From Clostridia bacterium (GTDB lineage: Bacteria; Bacillota; Clostridia; UMGS1883), in contig JAFSGW010000028.1 in assembly GCA_017440585.1 (NCBI GenBank), positions 1,429-65,428 of the forward strand: a stretch of 64,000 nucleotides of DNA, given 5' to 3'. The position numbers and the translations under genes were made by a program. Shown here piece after piece: positions 17,688-26,361 of the stretch. Under the pieces are notes generated by a model, which did no database searches, was not told the DNA's origin, and was given only the letters and a program-made list of their open reading frames with translations. Within the stretch, counting starts at the first letter, position 1. Every line of letters begins with the position of its first letter.

Positions 17688-20600
17688 ATGAAAAAAGTTT
17701 TAAGTCTGGTGCTTGTATGCATTATGATGCTTACAGTTGTGCCCGTTGTGCAGGCGGAGGCATTTTATGATGTTTCCCTTGACGGAGAATGGGGCTTTAA
17801 GTATTATGCGAACAGCAATGAAGTGCCTAAGGACGTGGCAGGCATCGTATTCGAGGACAAAATCCAGGTGCCCGGTGCAATGGAAATGCAGGGCTACGGC
17901 TACCCCTCGTACTTTTATGAGGAAATGACCGGCTGGGGAATGACTGAAGATGACGGTGTAAGAAGTGCAGGCGTTTATAAGACGGAATTTAAATGCACCG
18001 GTGAAAATTATCTGGTATTTGAAAGCGTAGAGGATAACCTTACTGTTTATCTTAACGGAGAAAAGCTTGTTGACAGCAGGAATGGTGAAATGGGTACGGC
18101 TGTTAAGTTTGAAGGCAAGGGAGATAATGAAATTATCTGTGTTGTTGAACGTAATAACTCGGGAATCAACAAGAAGGACGATTTTAATCTTTCGGGTTTC
18201 ATGGGCAGTGTCTATGTAACAAAGTCTATAACTGTTGAAAAGGCAAGCAAAAAGGTTGAAATTAAGGACAACAAACTTGTTATTGACGGTAAAGCGGTTG
18301 TTTTAAAGGGCGTTAAGTATACACCCACACATCCCGAAGCAGGCAACAGCATAACAGACGGGCAAATCAAAAAGGATTTAGAGCTTATTAAGGAATACGG
18401 CTTCAATGCTGTATGGGTAAGCGGTGCTCCCGATGCTTTGTATGTTGAAGCAGAAAACCTGGGGCTTTATGTAATTGACGAAGCAAATGTAAACCTTGCC
18501 TATGCTGACCGTGATATGGAAGCGGCAAAGGCGAGGGTAGAAGAAATGGTTGAGAGACATTTCGGCTACAAGTCAATTATTATGTGGTCTGTTGGCTCTG
18601 GTGAGGGTGGACAAAATCTTATAAATTCAGTAAAAGAGCTTGATAATCGTCCCGTTGCGCAGGAAGTGAATTTTGCTCCTGATTTTAAGGTGTTTGGTAA
18701 CACTGGCGGAATGAGTGACTGGGTTGACTCATTAGGTGACGGCAACGTTGGCGGCTTTGTTGATGAATTTGCCGACAAGGAGCTTTACTACACACAGAAT
18801 GCATACCTCTTTGACGTGAAGGACACAGTTACAGGCGAAACCGTTACAGTTGACGGTGAAGTTGAAAACTACATGGGTGTGCAGTATTTAGGCGATGCAA
18901 CCTTTGTGAGAAATATTGACAAAATGGATAACTACACTATCGTGACGGAATTAAGTGCGGTAGATGGTGACAGAGTTATTTTTGAAAGCGGCAATGTTAA
19001 GTTTGAAGTACGTGGCGGCAGAGCAAGGTTCAATGTTGGTGATGCAAGAGCAAGGGCAGACGTTTACGAGGGCAAGATTGCGGCGGTTTACCGTGACGGC
19101 GAAATCCAGATTTTTGTAAATGACGGCTTTAAGGAAAATGCTCAGGCTGATGCCACAGTTGAAGGCGAGTATAAGATTGGCGGCGGTGAAACTGCCATTA
19201 AGTATGTTGAAATTTACAATGATGCACTTACACTTGATGAGCTTTTGGAGGGTGCAGATGAAAAGAAGCTTATAAGCCGTGTGGCATTTGAGGATATCAG
19301 TATAAAGGAAGACAAGAGCTACACATTCCTTGCATACGGCGGCGACTTTGGCGACAACCCCAACAGCTACTATAAGTGCTTAACGGGTATTTTCTCGTCA
19401 ACACGTGAGCCTCATCCCGAAGCGGAAGCTTTAAAGCAGCTTCTTGCAGAAAAGAGCGTTATAGGAATGGCGACAGTATCGGCAATATCTGCTGAGGATG
19501 CAAAGAAGGTTACACCTGCAGAGGATGGCACAGGTGTAGTGTGGTCTGCTGATAAGTTTGAAGTACAGGTTGGCTTTGACGGTAAAATTACAAGCTATGT
19601 ATCTGACGGAAAAGAGCTTCTGACAGATGCTATGTATCCCACTGTATTACGTGAAAAAACACTTAGCGAATACGAAATGGGAATAGAGCAGGAGGAAAGA
19701 TGGAGAGCTCTTTCCCACAGAGTGGAAGAGGATGTTTTGTACGTTGAGGTTATGAGCACCGTAACAGACGGTAAGCTGTGCCTTGCATACTATATGACAG
19801 AGGATGGCTCCATGCATGTGTCCATGCAGTCACAGTTTGCAGAGGACTCAAATAAGCCTACTTTCATCGGCTTCCGCGGTGCAGGTAACTTTGAAAAGGC
19901 AGAGTGGGTAGGAAAAGAGCTTTCCTCTTACCCTGACAGAGAAAGCCATGGTGCAACAACCCTTTACAGCCTTGATGTTGCTGATATGGAAGACAATTAC
20001 ACCATTGCGCAGGAAAACGGCAACAAGGCTGCATTGAAGGCTACCCTTACAGGTGCTGACGGAAAGGTATTATCCTTCGGTGCAGGTCTTAAGAGCTTCA
20101 ATTTCCAGGCACATAATTATTCACCTTATGCACTCGATGAGGCTGAACGCAGTATTGACATAAAGAAAGAGGATAAGGCATATTTCAGAGTGGGCGGATA
20201 TATTGCAGGACTGGGTGAAAACAGCAAGTATAAGCTTAACAACAATATTTACGGCTTTGACTTTACAATAATGCCCTTTGACGCTGATTATGTTTACCAT
20301 TATGGTGCTCCTTTGAGCATTAAGGCTGAGGGTAACAAGGAATTTACAGACTTTACACATTCCGTAAAAACCTATGTTTATAAAACAAACAAGGGTGTAG
20401 AGGTTACAGGTGCAGTGCAGGATGAAAAGAAGGCAGTAGTTGGTGATTACACAATTTACTTTGCACCCGATACAGAGTACATGTCTGATATGGCACCTCT
20501 TGAAAAGAAGGCTGAAATGGCACTTGACGGTGACTTTAACGGCAATAAGCTTGCAGTACGTGGTAACGGTTGGGACCCCGGAGTTACCTACGACAAGGGT

Positions 20601-21158
20601 ATTGTATTGAAAAATGGCAGCGTAACTTACGATGTGACCAATTTCAATGACCATGTGTTCAATGCAGTTATAGGTAAGATGGACTTTGACTGGAGAAGAA
20701 TGGGTGGCGGCTTTGACCGTAACATGTTCAACGCTTCCGTTGACGTAACAATTGCACTTGACGGTGAGGTTGTAGAAGAGGTTAAGGACGTGAGCATGAG
20801 AGGCGGCTCAAAGGCAGTAAGCATTGATGTTTCAAAGGCAAAGGCTATGACAATTACAGTTAAGGGTAACGGTGCGGCCCCCTCCTACGAGGATGCGGTT
20901 ATTGCAAATGCAGCATTTGTACCCAACGGCCCCGTTATTGTTAACTTTGAAAAGCTTGACGGCAAGGCAACAATTACTGTTTTAAATACTGACGAGGAAT
21001 ACGTTGACGTTGTGTTGACCGGCATTGAAAACGGGGTTGTTACAACAGAGGCTGTAAGCATGGGCAAAGGTCTTTACAGAACAGTTGAGGTTAAGGCAGG
21101 AGAAAATGCTGTGGTAAAGGCGTATATAACAGGTATTGGCGAAGTTGGTTTAGAATAA
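17688..21158 (+). CDS. large secreted multidomain protein with N-terminal glycoside hydrolase family 2-like region
   Basis: 1156 aa. Signal peptide ending VVQAEA. GH2 sugar-binding-like (NLSGFMGSVYVT) and TIM-barrel-like (IDGKAVVLKGVKYTPTHPEAG...YGFNAVWVS...LGLYVIDEANV) segments. The catalytic acid/base NE motif reads SGEG. Long C-terminal beta-rich extensions. Confidence 0.55.
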   Translation: MKKVLSLVLVCIMMLTVVPVVQAEAFYDVSLDGEWGFKYYANSNEVPKDVAGIVFEDKIQVPGAMEMQGYGYPSYFYEEMTGWGMTEDDGVRSAGVYKTEFKCTGENYLVFESVEDNLTVYLNGEKLVDSRNGEMGTAVKFEGKGDNEIICVVERNNSGINKKDDFNLSGFMGSVYVTKSITVEKASKKVEIKDNKLVIDGKAVVLKGVKYTPTHPEAGNSITDGQIKKDLELIKEYGFNAVWVSGAPDALYVEAENLGLYVIDEANVNLAYADRDMEAAKARVEEMVERHFGYKSIIMWSVGSGEGGQNLINSVKELDNRPVAQEVNFAPDFKVFGNTGGMSDWVDSLGDGNVGGFVDEFADKELYYTQNAYLFDVKDTVTGETVTVDGEVENYMGVQYLGDATFVRNIDKMDNYTIVTELSAVDGDRVIFESGNVKFEVRGGRARFNVGDARARADVYEGKIAAVYRDGEIQIFVNDGFKENAQADATVEGEYKIGGGETAIKYVEIYNDALTLDELLEGADEKKLISRVAFEDISIKEDKSYTFLAYGGDFGDNPNSYYKCLTGIFSSTREPHPEAEALKQLLAEKSVIGMATVSAISAEDAKKVTPAEDGTGVVWSADKFEVQVGFDGKITSYVSDGKELLTDAMYPTVLREKTLSEYEMGIEQEERWRALSHRVEEDVLYVEVMSTVTDGKLCLAYYMTEDGSMHVSMQSQFAEDSNKPTFIGFRGAGNFEKAEWVGKELSSYPDRESHGATTLYSLDVADMEDNYTIAQENGNKAALKATLTGADGKVLSFGAGLKSFNFQAHNYSPYALDEAERSIDIKKEDKAYFRVGGYIAGLGENSKYKLNNNIYGFDFTIMPFDADYVYHYGAPLSIKAEGNKEFTDFTHSVKTYVYKTNKGVEVTGAVQDEKKAVVGDYTIYFAPDTEYMSDMAPLEKKAEMALDGDFNGNKLAVRGNGWDPGVTYDKGIVLKNGSVTYDVTNFNDHVFNAVIGKMDFDWRRMGGGFDRNMFNASVDVTIALDGEVVEEVKDVSMRGGSKAVSIDVSKAKAMTITVKGNGAAPSYEDAVIANAAFVPNGPVIVNFEKLDGKATITVLNTDEEYVDVVLTGIENGVVTTEAVSMGKGLYRTVEVKAGENAVVKAYITGIGEVGLE

Positions 21159-21235
21159 AAAAACACCTCATCCGTCGGCTTTGCCGCCACCTTCCCCTCA
21201 AGGGGAAGGCAGGGTGGGGTGTTTTAAGTAAGTAG

Positions 21236-22105
21236 GTGCTTAAATTGAACAGTGCAAGATTAAAGATGATAATATCCATGGCTATATTCGGCACAATAGG
21301 GATATTTGTTAATTTTATTGATGTGCCAAGCAGTATGGTGGCTGTGTGCCGTGGGTTTACGGGTGCAATATTTCTGTGTCTTTTTATGATTTTTACGGGC
21401 AAAAAAATAAGCCTTGCCGATATAAGGCAAAACTTTATAAGGCTTATGATAACAGGGTGTCTTATAGGCATTAACTGGATACTGCTCTTTGAGTCCTACA
21501 AATATATAGGTGTGGCAAACGGTACCCTTTGCTATTACTTAGAGCCCGTTATACTTGTTTTTGGTGCGGCTATTATATATAAGGAAAGAATAAGCCCCTT
21601 GAAGGCTATCTGTGTTGCCATTGCACTTTTGGGTATGGTTTTTGTATCGGGTGTGTTCCCGCCACAGGAGGGGGCTGCTCTTAACGGCTTTGGTATAGCT
21701 TTGGGACTTGGTGCGGCACTTTTTTATGCTTCCGTAGTGCTTTTAAACCGTGGCATAAAGAACATTTCAAGCTATGACATGACAATGGTACAGCTTTTCT
21801 TTGCTGCGGCAGTGGCACTTCCGTATGTGCTTATTACAGAGGATGTTACAGCCATTACCTTTGACGTGAAGACCGTTATACTTCTTATGGTTGTGGGTAT
21901 TATACATACGGGCTTTGCCTATGCAATGTATTTTGGTGCGGTGAGAGAATTAAAGGGGCAGGACGTGGCAGTTTTAAGCTATGTTGACCCCATGCTTGCA
22001 ATTGTTCTTTCAATGACACTTTTAGGCGAGGAAATGAAGGTGTGGGGCATTTTGGGTGCTGTTATGATATTGGGGTCAACTTTATTAAGTGAATTAAAAA
22101 AATAA
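21236..22105 (+). CDS. EamA/DMT family transporter
   Basis: 289 aa. 10 TM. Duplicated EamA domain pattern. A rho-independent terminator palindrome (AAGGGCAGATGCCCTT) lies at 22108-22135. Confidence 0.7.
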   Translation: MLKLNSARLKMIISMAIFGTIGIFVNFIDVPSSMVAVCRGFTGAIFLCLFMIFTGKKISLADIRQNFIRLMITGCLIGINWILLFESYKYIGVANGTLCYYLEPVILVFGAAIIYKERISPLKAICVAIALLGMVFVSGVFPPQEGAALNGFGIALGLGAALFYASVVLLNRGIKNISSYDMTMVQLFFAAAVALPYVLITEDVTAITFDVKTVILLMVVGIIHTGFAYAMYFGAVRELKGQDVAVLSYVDPMLAIVLSMTLLGEEMKVWGILGAVMILGSTLLSELKK

Positions 22106-22117
22106 GGGCAGATGCCC

Positions 22118-22372
22118 TTATTTTTTTAGCTTTTTACGCTTAAGCTTGTAGATAAGCATTAATATGTAGGTGGGGATGTTTACAAATAAAAGTGTACCGA
22201 GCATTTTTACAATGGAAAACTCGTCCATCCATACAAACATAAGAACAACCGAGGTGATAAATGCAAGGATGGGGAGGATGTAGCCTAAGTACTTGTTTTC
22301 CATTTCGGAAAAAATGGTCTGAAAGTAAAACATTGCTAAAAGCACAATTAAAAATATGATACCGTATTCCAT
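22118..22372 (-). CDS. small membrane protein (84 aa, 2-3 TM), function unknown
   Basis: Hydrophobic segments and a C-terminal KRKKLKK tail. Lies 12 nt downstream of the subtilase gene. Confidence 0.4.
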   Translation of the reverse strand: MEYGIIFLIVLLAMFYFQTIFSEMENKYLGYILPILAFITSVVLMFVWMDEFSIVKMLGTLLFVNIPTYILMLIYKLKRKKLKK

Positions 22373-22384
22373 AAAAAAGCCTCC

Positions 22385-23740
22385 TTAGTAGTGTATGATG
22401 GGGATGTCGCCTGCATAGGGCTCAAGCGTGTCCTTTTTCCATATGTAAAAAACGTACTTGTTAAAATCCCTGGCGGAGGTGTTCAAACCACCCATTTTTA
22501 TATCGGTAAGGACAGAGTCCTCATATTTTGCAAAATAAACGTTGTAGCCCTCAGGGGGGATTAAATATGCACAGCCTGAGCTTTCGGTGGGGGAGTATAC
22601 AAAGCTTCCCTTGTTTTCCATTGAATGGAGGCAGGCTAAAAGTGCATGTACATTTAAGCTTCCGTGACCCGAATACCTGTCCTCCATAGGGTTGCAGGTT
22701 TTATAAAGTGCTTCGGTGAGCTCTTCTGCGGTCAAATGGGGATTTGCACTTTTTGCAAGGGCCAGTGCTGCTGCAACGTGAGGCGAGGCAAAGCTTGTGC
22801 CTGAGCTTTTTTCGTAGCCGCCAAGGCGGACTGAGTAAATATCCTCCCCGGGTGCCATAATGTCCACATAGTCATTACGCTGTGAATGGCTTGCTCTTCT
22901 GCCGTTGGAGTCGATACTGCCAACACCTATGGCGTTGGGGTAGGAGGCAGGGTAGTAGCGTGTGTTACCGCTCTGTGCACCGCTGTTGCCTACTGCAGAA
23001 ACCATGAGAACGCCTTTTTCCGCAGCATAGTCGGTAACCTCTTTAAAAACCGTGGGGCTTGTAGAGCCGCCTGAGAAGTTTATGATGTCAACACCGTATG
23101 TATCGATAGCTTCGTACATTGCGGCAATAATGTCAGAATTTTTGCCCTTCTGTGCACCCTTTTCGTCAATATAGAAGCACTTGAAAATATAGAGCTTAAC
23201 GTTTGGTGCAATGCCTGCAATACCGCGGGTATTGTTATGGGCTGCGGCAATGATACCTGCCACCATGGAGCCGTGACCTATTTCATCTGTGCAGTAGTTA
23301 AGGGTGGATTCACTTGTTGCGGTATAGTCTTTAGCCTTTATAACGTTTGAAAAGGTAAAGTCGCTTGCTGCCTTATAAATGCCCGAGTCAATAACGGCAA
23401 CCTTAACCTCATCGCCGAAAACGCCCTTGTTCCATGCAAACTGTGCCGAAATCTGTGTAAGGTTTGGCTGCTCGGGGTAATGGGGATCGTTTAAGGTATA
23501 GTCAAAAAGCTCTGAGTAGGTCATGGGCTCGCAGTAATTGACCAAACCTTCATCAATAAGAGGCTGAATTGCTTCTATATTATCGGTTGTGTAAACATTG
23601 TGGGTGGCATTTACTACCTCAATGGAGGAGGAATAGGGCATGGGGAAATCGCCCTCTGTGGTGAAGATATATTCCTCCGCACAAATAGGGACCGATAAAA
23701 GGCAAAGTATAAATAATGTAAGAAAAAGAAGTTTTTTCAT
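22385..23740 (-). CDS. S8 family serine peptidase (subtilisin-like), secreted
   Basis: 451 aa. Signal peptide. Catalytic triad contexts VAVIDSGI (Asp), HGSMVAG (His), GTSFASPHVA (Ser). Confidence 0.85.
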   Translation of the reverse strand: MKKLLFLTLFILCLLSVPICAEEYIFTTEGDFPMPYSSSIEVVNATHNVYTTDNIEAIQPLIDEGLVNYCEPMTYSELFDYTLNDPHYPEQPNLTQISAQFAWNKGVFGDEVKVAVIDSGIYKAASDFTFSNVIKAKDYTATSESTLNYCTDEIGHGSMVAGIIAAAHNNTRGIAGIAPNVKLYIFKCFYIDEKGAQKGKNSDIIAAMYEAIDTYGVDIINFSGGSTSPTVFKEVTDYAAEKGVLMVSAVGNSGAQSGNTRYYPASYPNAIGVGSIDSNGRRASHSQRNDYVDIMAPGEDIYSVRLGGYEKSSGTSFASPHVAAALALAKSANPHLTAEELTEALYKTCNPMEDRYSGHGSLNVHALLACLHSMENKGSFVYSPTESSGCAYLIPPEGYNVYFAKYEDSVLTDIKMGGLNTSARDFNKYVFYIWKKDTLEPYAGDIPIIHY

Positions 23741-23760
23741 AATATCACCTGTTAGTAGCT

Positions 23761-23854
23761 ACAACCATTGGGGACAGTCCCCCTTTGGTAAATCGGGCGA
23801 CGATTTACCAAAGAAAGTCTGCGGACTTTTGTTGGGACCATCCCCAATGGTTGT
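23761..23854. repeat. nested perfect palindromic element (20-bp outer inverted repeat enclosing two hairpins) in the subtilase 5-prime region
   Basis: Outer ACAACCATTGGGGACAGTCC / GGACCATCCCCAATGGTTGT (13 nt perfect). Inner CTTTGGTAAATCG / CGATTTACCAAAG (13/13). A second hairpin AAAGTC-TGCG-GACTTT. Confidence 0.5.
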
Positions 23855-23886
23855 GAAAAAAAGAGAGCCGGAAATTCCGACTCTTT
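23855..23886 (-). terminator. rho-independent terminator for the 23890-24183 gene
   Basis: Minus-strand AGAGUCGGA-AUU-UCCGGCUCU hairpin followed by UUUUUUU. Confidence 0.55.
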
Positions 23887-23889
23887 AAA

Positions 23890-24183
23890 TTAACCGTTTG
23901 CAAGAGCATCTGCAAGCCAGAATTCTGCAATGTCGAGGGCCTCGAAAAGACCCGGACGAACAGCTTTCTTATAAACCTTTTCCTTTTCCTTGCCGGAATT
24001 TGTCATAAGCTCTATGGTTACCTTGTCTGCAACCTGAAGATCCTCAATCTGCTTTGTGGATTCAACCGTGAAGAGGATGATGTAACGGTCCTTGGGATTG
24101 CCGTAGTAAATTTTGTTACCGCTCCTCATGAGAGGCTTATCCTTATATGTGAGGCATTCTTTAGCCTTTGCTTCCTTAGCCAT
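23890..24183 (-). CDS. hypothetical protein (97 aa)
   Basis: RBS AAGGAGGG lies 9 nt before the ATG at 24183; the track ORF starts 8 codons earlier. No recognisable family. Confidence 0.45.
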   Translation of the reverse strand: MAKEAKAKECLTYKDKPLMRSGNKIYYGNPKDRYIILFTVESTKQIEDLQVADKVTIELMTNSGKEKEKVYKKAVRPGLFEALDIAEFWLADALANG

Positions 24184-24303
24184 GGTATAGTAACCCTCCT
24201 TAAACATTTATAACAAAATTATAACATATTTTATAAGGATAGTAAAGCATTTTTTGTGTTTTGTGTTGAATTTACACAAAATTCAAAATTTTCAAAAAAA
24301 AGG

Positions 24304-24332
24304 TTGACAAAATGTGATATAATGGCTATAAT
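24304..24332 (+). promoter_or_regulatory. consensus sigma-A promoter (TTGACA-17-TATAAT) for a tiny lipoprotein gene
   Basis: TTGACAAAATGTGATATAATGGCTATAAT, preceded by an AT-rich UP-like tract with a TTGTGT...ACACAA inverted repeat. Confidence 0.5.
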
Positions 24333-24371
24333 CTTTAAGGATTTAAAAATGAGCGAAAGGAGATAAATACT

Positions 24372-24503
24372 ATGAAGAAGTTTATGGCTCTTGCATGCGC
24401 AGTTGTTCTTGCTGTTGCAGCTCTCGCTGCTTGCACAGGTAACAATGTAGAAGAACCCACAGAAGCAGCTACAGATGTTACAGAAGCAACAATCGCTGAA
24501 TAA
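24372..24503 (+). CDS. 43-aa putative lipoprotein / secreted acidic micropeptide
   Basis: MKKFMALACAVVLAVAALAACTGNNVEEPTEAATDVTEATIAE. RBS GAAAGGAG lies 8 nt upstream. Lipobox LAAC. Below the track's 60-aa cutoff. A terminator follows immediately. Confidence 0.5.
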   Translation: MKKFMALACAVVLAVAALAACTGNNVEEPTEAATDVTEATIAE

Positions 24504-24524
24504 TTTATTTTATATACATAAAAT

Positions 24525-24553
24525 ACCCGTCCTTATCCGGACGGGTGTTTTTC
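24525..24553 (+). terminator. rho-independent terminator
   Basis: ACCCGTCC-TTATCC-GGACGGGT followed by GTTTTTC. Confidence 0.6.
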
Positions 24554-24624
24554 ATTACTACGAAAATGCGACATATAAAAATCCACCTTTTTTGAGAAAA
24601 AACAAATAATTTATGAAACATATT

Positions 24625-24653
24625 GACAAACTTTGAAATATGGAGTAAAATAG
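24625..24653 (+). promoter_or_regulatory. sigma-A promoter (TTGACA-17-TAAAAT) for the ACT-hom-lysC operon
   Basis: TTGACAAACTTTGAAATATGGAGTAAAAT, about 40-60 nt upstream of the first CDS. Confidence 0.45.
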
Positions 24654-24689
24654 CAAGAAAAACAAATGTGTTTGTGAGGTGGACATGTT

Positions 24690-25127
24690 TTGGTAGAGGA
24701 CAAGGAGATAATTCTTGTGGATGCAAAGGTGCTTCCCGAGGTTTTCATTAAGGTTCTTACATCCAAACGCCTGATTGAATCGGGCGAGGTGAAAACGGTG
24801 AATGATGCCTGTGAAAAAACAGGTATAAGCAGAAGTGCATATTATAAGTATAAGGACCATGTTTTTGATTTTAATCAGATGCAGGGTGTTCTTACTCTTA
24901 TGGCAGTTGTGGTTGACCTTAAGGGAATTTTGTCGGAGATATTAAAAATTATATCCTCGGTGAATTGCTCTGTTTTAACCATAAACCAGAGTGTGCCTAC
25001 CGACGGTATTGCAAACATTCATCTTACTGTCAAAACTGATCTGATGAAGATAAGTGTTGACAAGCTGATTACCGAGATTACCAAGGTAGCAGGCGTCAGA
25101 AGCGTTAAAATTCTGGCGAAACAATAA
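24690..25127 (+). CDS. ACT domain-containing protein (UPF0735-like, HTH plus ACT)
   Basis: 145 aa. N-terminal HTH-like segment and C-terminal ACT fold. Track start is TTG; an alternative GTG at about 24717 has better RBS spacing. Confidence 0.65.
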   Translation: MVEDKEIILVDAKVLPEVFIKVLTSKRLIESGEVKTVNDACEKTGISRSAYYKYKDHVFDFNQMQGVLTLMAVVVDLKGILSEILKIISSVNCSVLTINQSVPTDGIANIHLTVKTDLMKISVDKLITEITKVAGVRSVKILAKQ

Positions 25128-25146
25128 AACGAGGAGAGTTGAACCA

Positions 25147-26346
25147 ATGACAAAAATGGCAATTATGGGCTTCGGCGTTGTGGGCAGCGGTGTATATGAC
25201 ATTGTTACAAAAAATGCCGATACCATAACTAAGAAAATCGGTGAGAAGCTGGAGGTCAAATATATTCTTGATATACGCGACTTTTCAACTCATCCCGGGG
25301 CTGATTTGTTTGTAAAGGATGCAGACGTTATTGCCCGCGACGAGAGCGTTACACTTGTTGCAGAGGCAATGGGCGGTGTAACCTTTGCTTATGAATATAC
25401 AAAGAAAATGCTTATGGCAGGTAAAAGCGTTGTTACAAGCAATAAGGAGCTTGTTTCAAAGAAGGGTACAGAGCTTTTCAAGTTAGCTGAGAAAATGGGC
25501 GTAAGCTACATGTTCGAGGCCTCTGTAGGCGGCGGTATTCCCATTATACGCCCCCTTGTGAACTGCCTTGCGGCAAATAAGGTAGAGTCAATCTACGGCA
25601 TTATGAACGGCACAACAAACTACATTTTAACAAAAATGTTCAAGGAAAATCAGTCCTTTAAGGATGCTCTTAGTGATGCACAGAGGCTTGGCTATGCTGA
25701 AAAAGACCCCACGGCAGACGTTGAAGGCTTCGATACAATGAGAAAGATTTCCATCCTGACGGCTCTTTCTGCAGGATGTGAGCTTGATGACGACAAAATA
25801 CCTCATGAGGGCATAACAAAGATAACTGCTGAGGATGTTCTCTGTGCCGAGAAGATGAACGCAAGCGTTAAATTGATTGGCTACAGCCGCATCAGGGATG
25901 GCAAGGTTACTGCAAGAGTGTGCCCCATGATTATCCCTTCCGATTGCCCCCTTTATTCGGTAGAGGATGTATTCAATGCAATACTTGTAACGGGCGACAT
26001 GGTTGGCGATGTTATGATGTACGGCAGAGGAGCAGGTAAAGAGGCTACTGCAAGTGCCATTGTGGGAGACCTGATGGACGTTGTACGCCATAAGGGCAAG
26101 TTTGACAAAAACTTCTCCTGGGAAGAGGAAAAGGAAGGTATGTTCTTTGAACCCTCCGAGGAGGAAAACGTGTTCTTTGTAAGATGCGATAAAACAAAGG
26201 ACGAGGCAAAGGCTGTATTCGGTGATGTGAAGTTTGTTGAAGGTGCTTCCTGTGCTTTTATTACAGAAAAAATGACCGAAAAGGCATTTGATGAAAAAGC
26301 CGACACTTTAGGCGGGGTACTGTCTAAAATAAGAGTATATATGTAA
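25147..26346 (+). CDS. hom: homoserine dehydrogenase
   Basis: 399 aa. NAD-binding GFGVVGSG, catalytic domain and C-terminal ACT domain. Confidence 0.9.
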   Translation: MTKMAIMGFGVVGSGVYDIVTKNADTITKKIGEKLEVKYILDIRDFSTHPGADLFVKDADVIARDESVTLVAEAMGGVTFAYEYTKKMLMAGKSVVTSNKELVSKKGTELFKLAEKMGVSYMFEASVGGGIPIIRPLVNCLAANKVESIYGIMNGTTNYILTKMFKENQSFKDALSDAQRLGYAEKDPTADVEGFDTMRKISILTALSAGCELDDDKIPHEGITKITAEDVLCAEKMNASVKLIGYSRIRDGKVTARVCPMIIPSDCPLYSVEDVFNAILVTGDMVGDVMMYGRGAGKEATASAIVGDLMDVVRHKGKFDKNFSWEEEKEGMFFEPSEEENVFFVRCDKTKDEAKAVFGDVKFVEGASCAFITEKMTEKAFDEKADTLGGVLSKIRVYM

Positions 26347-26361
26347 AGGAATGAAAACAAT

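Noticed and set aside
20121-20654. 177-aa minus-strand ORF within the GH2-like gene. Similar antisense ORFs occur at 45819-46283, 46308-46901, 62217-62768 and 63072-63545.
   Set aside because: All lie antisense within long, signal-peptide-bearing open frames with recognisable domains. Cys-rich artefactual translations.
22886-23074. Small plus-strand ORFs (62-82 aa) at 22886-23074 and 23640-23888 overlapping the subtilase gene and its upstream palindromic element.
   Set aside because: Antisense to or overlapping a well-supported CDS and a structured noncoding element. No RBS.
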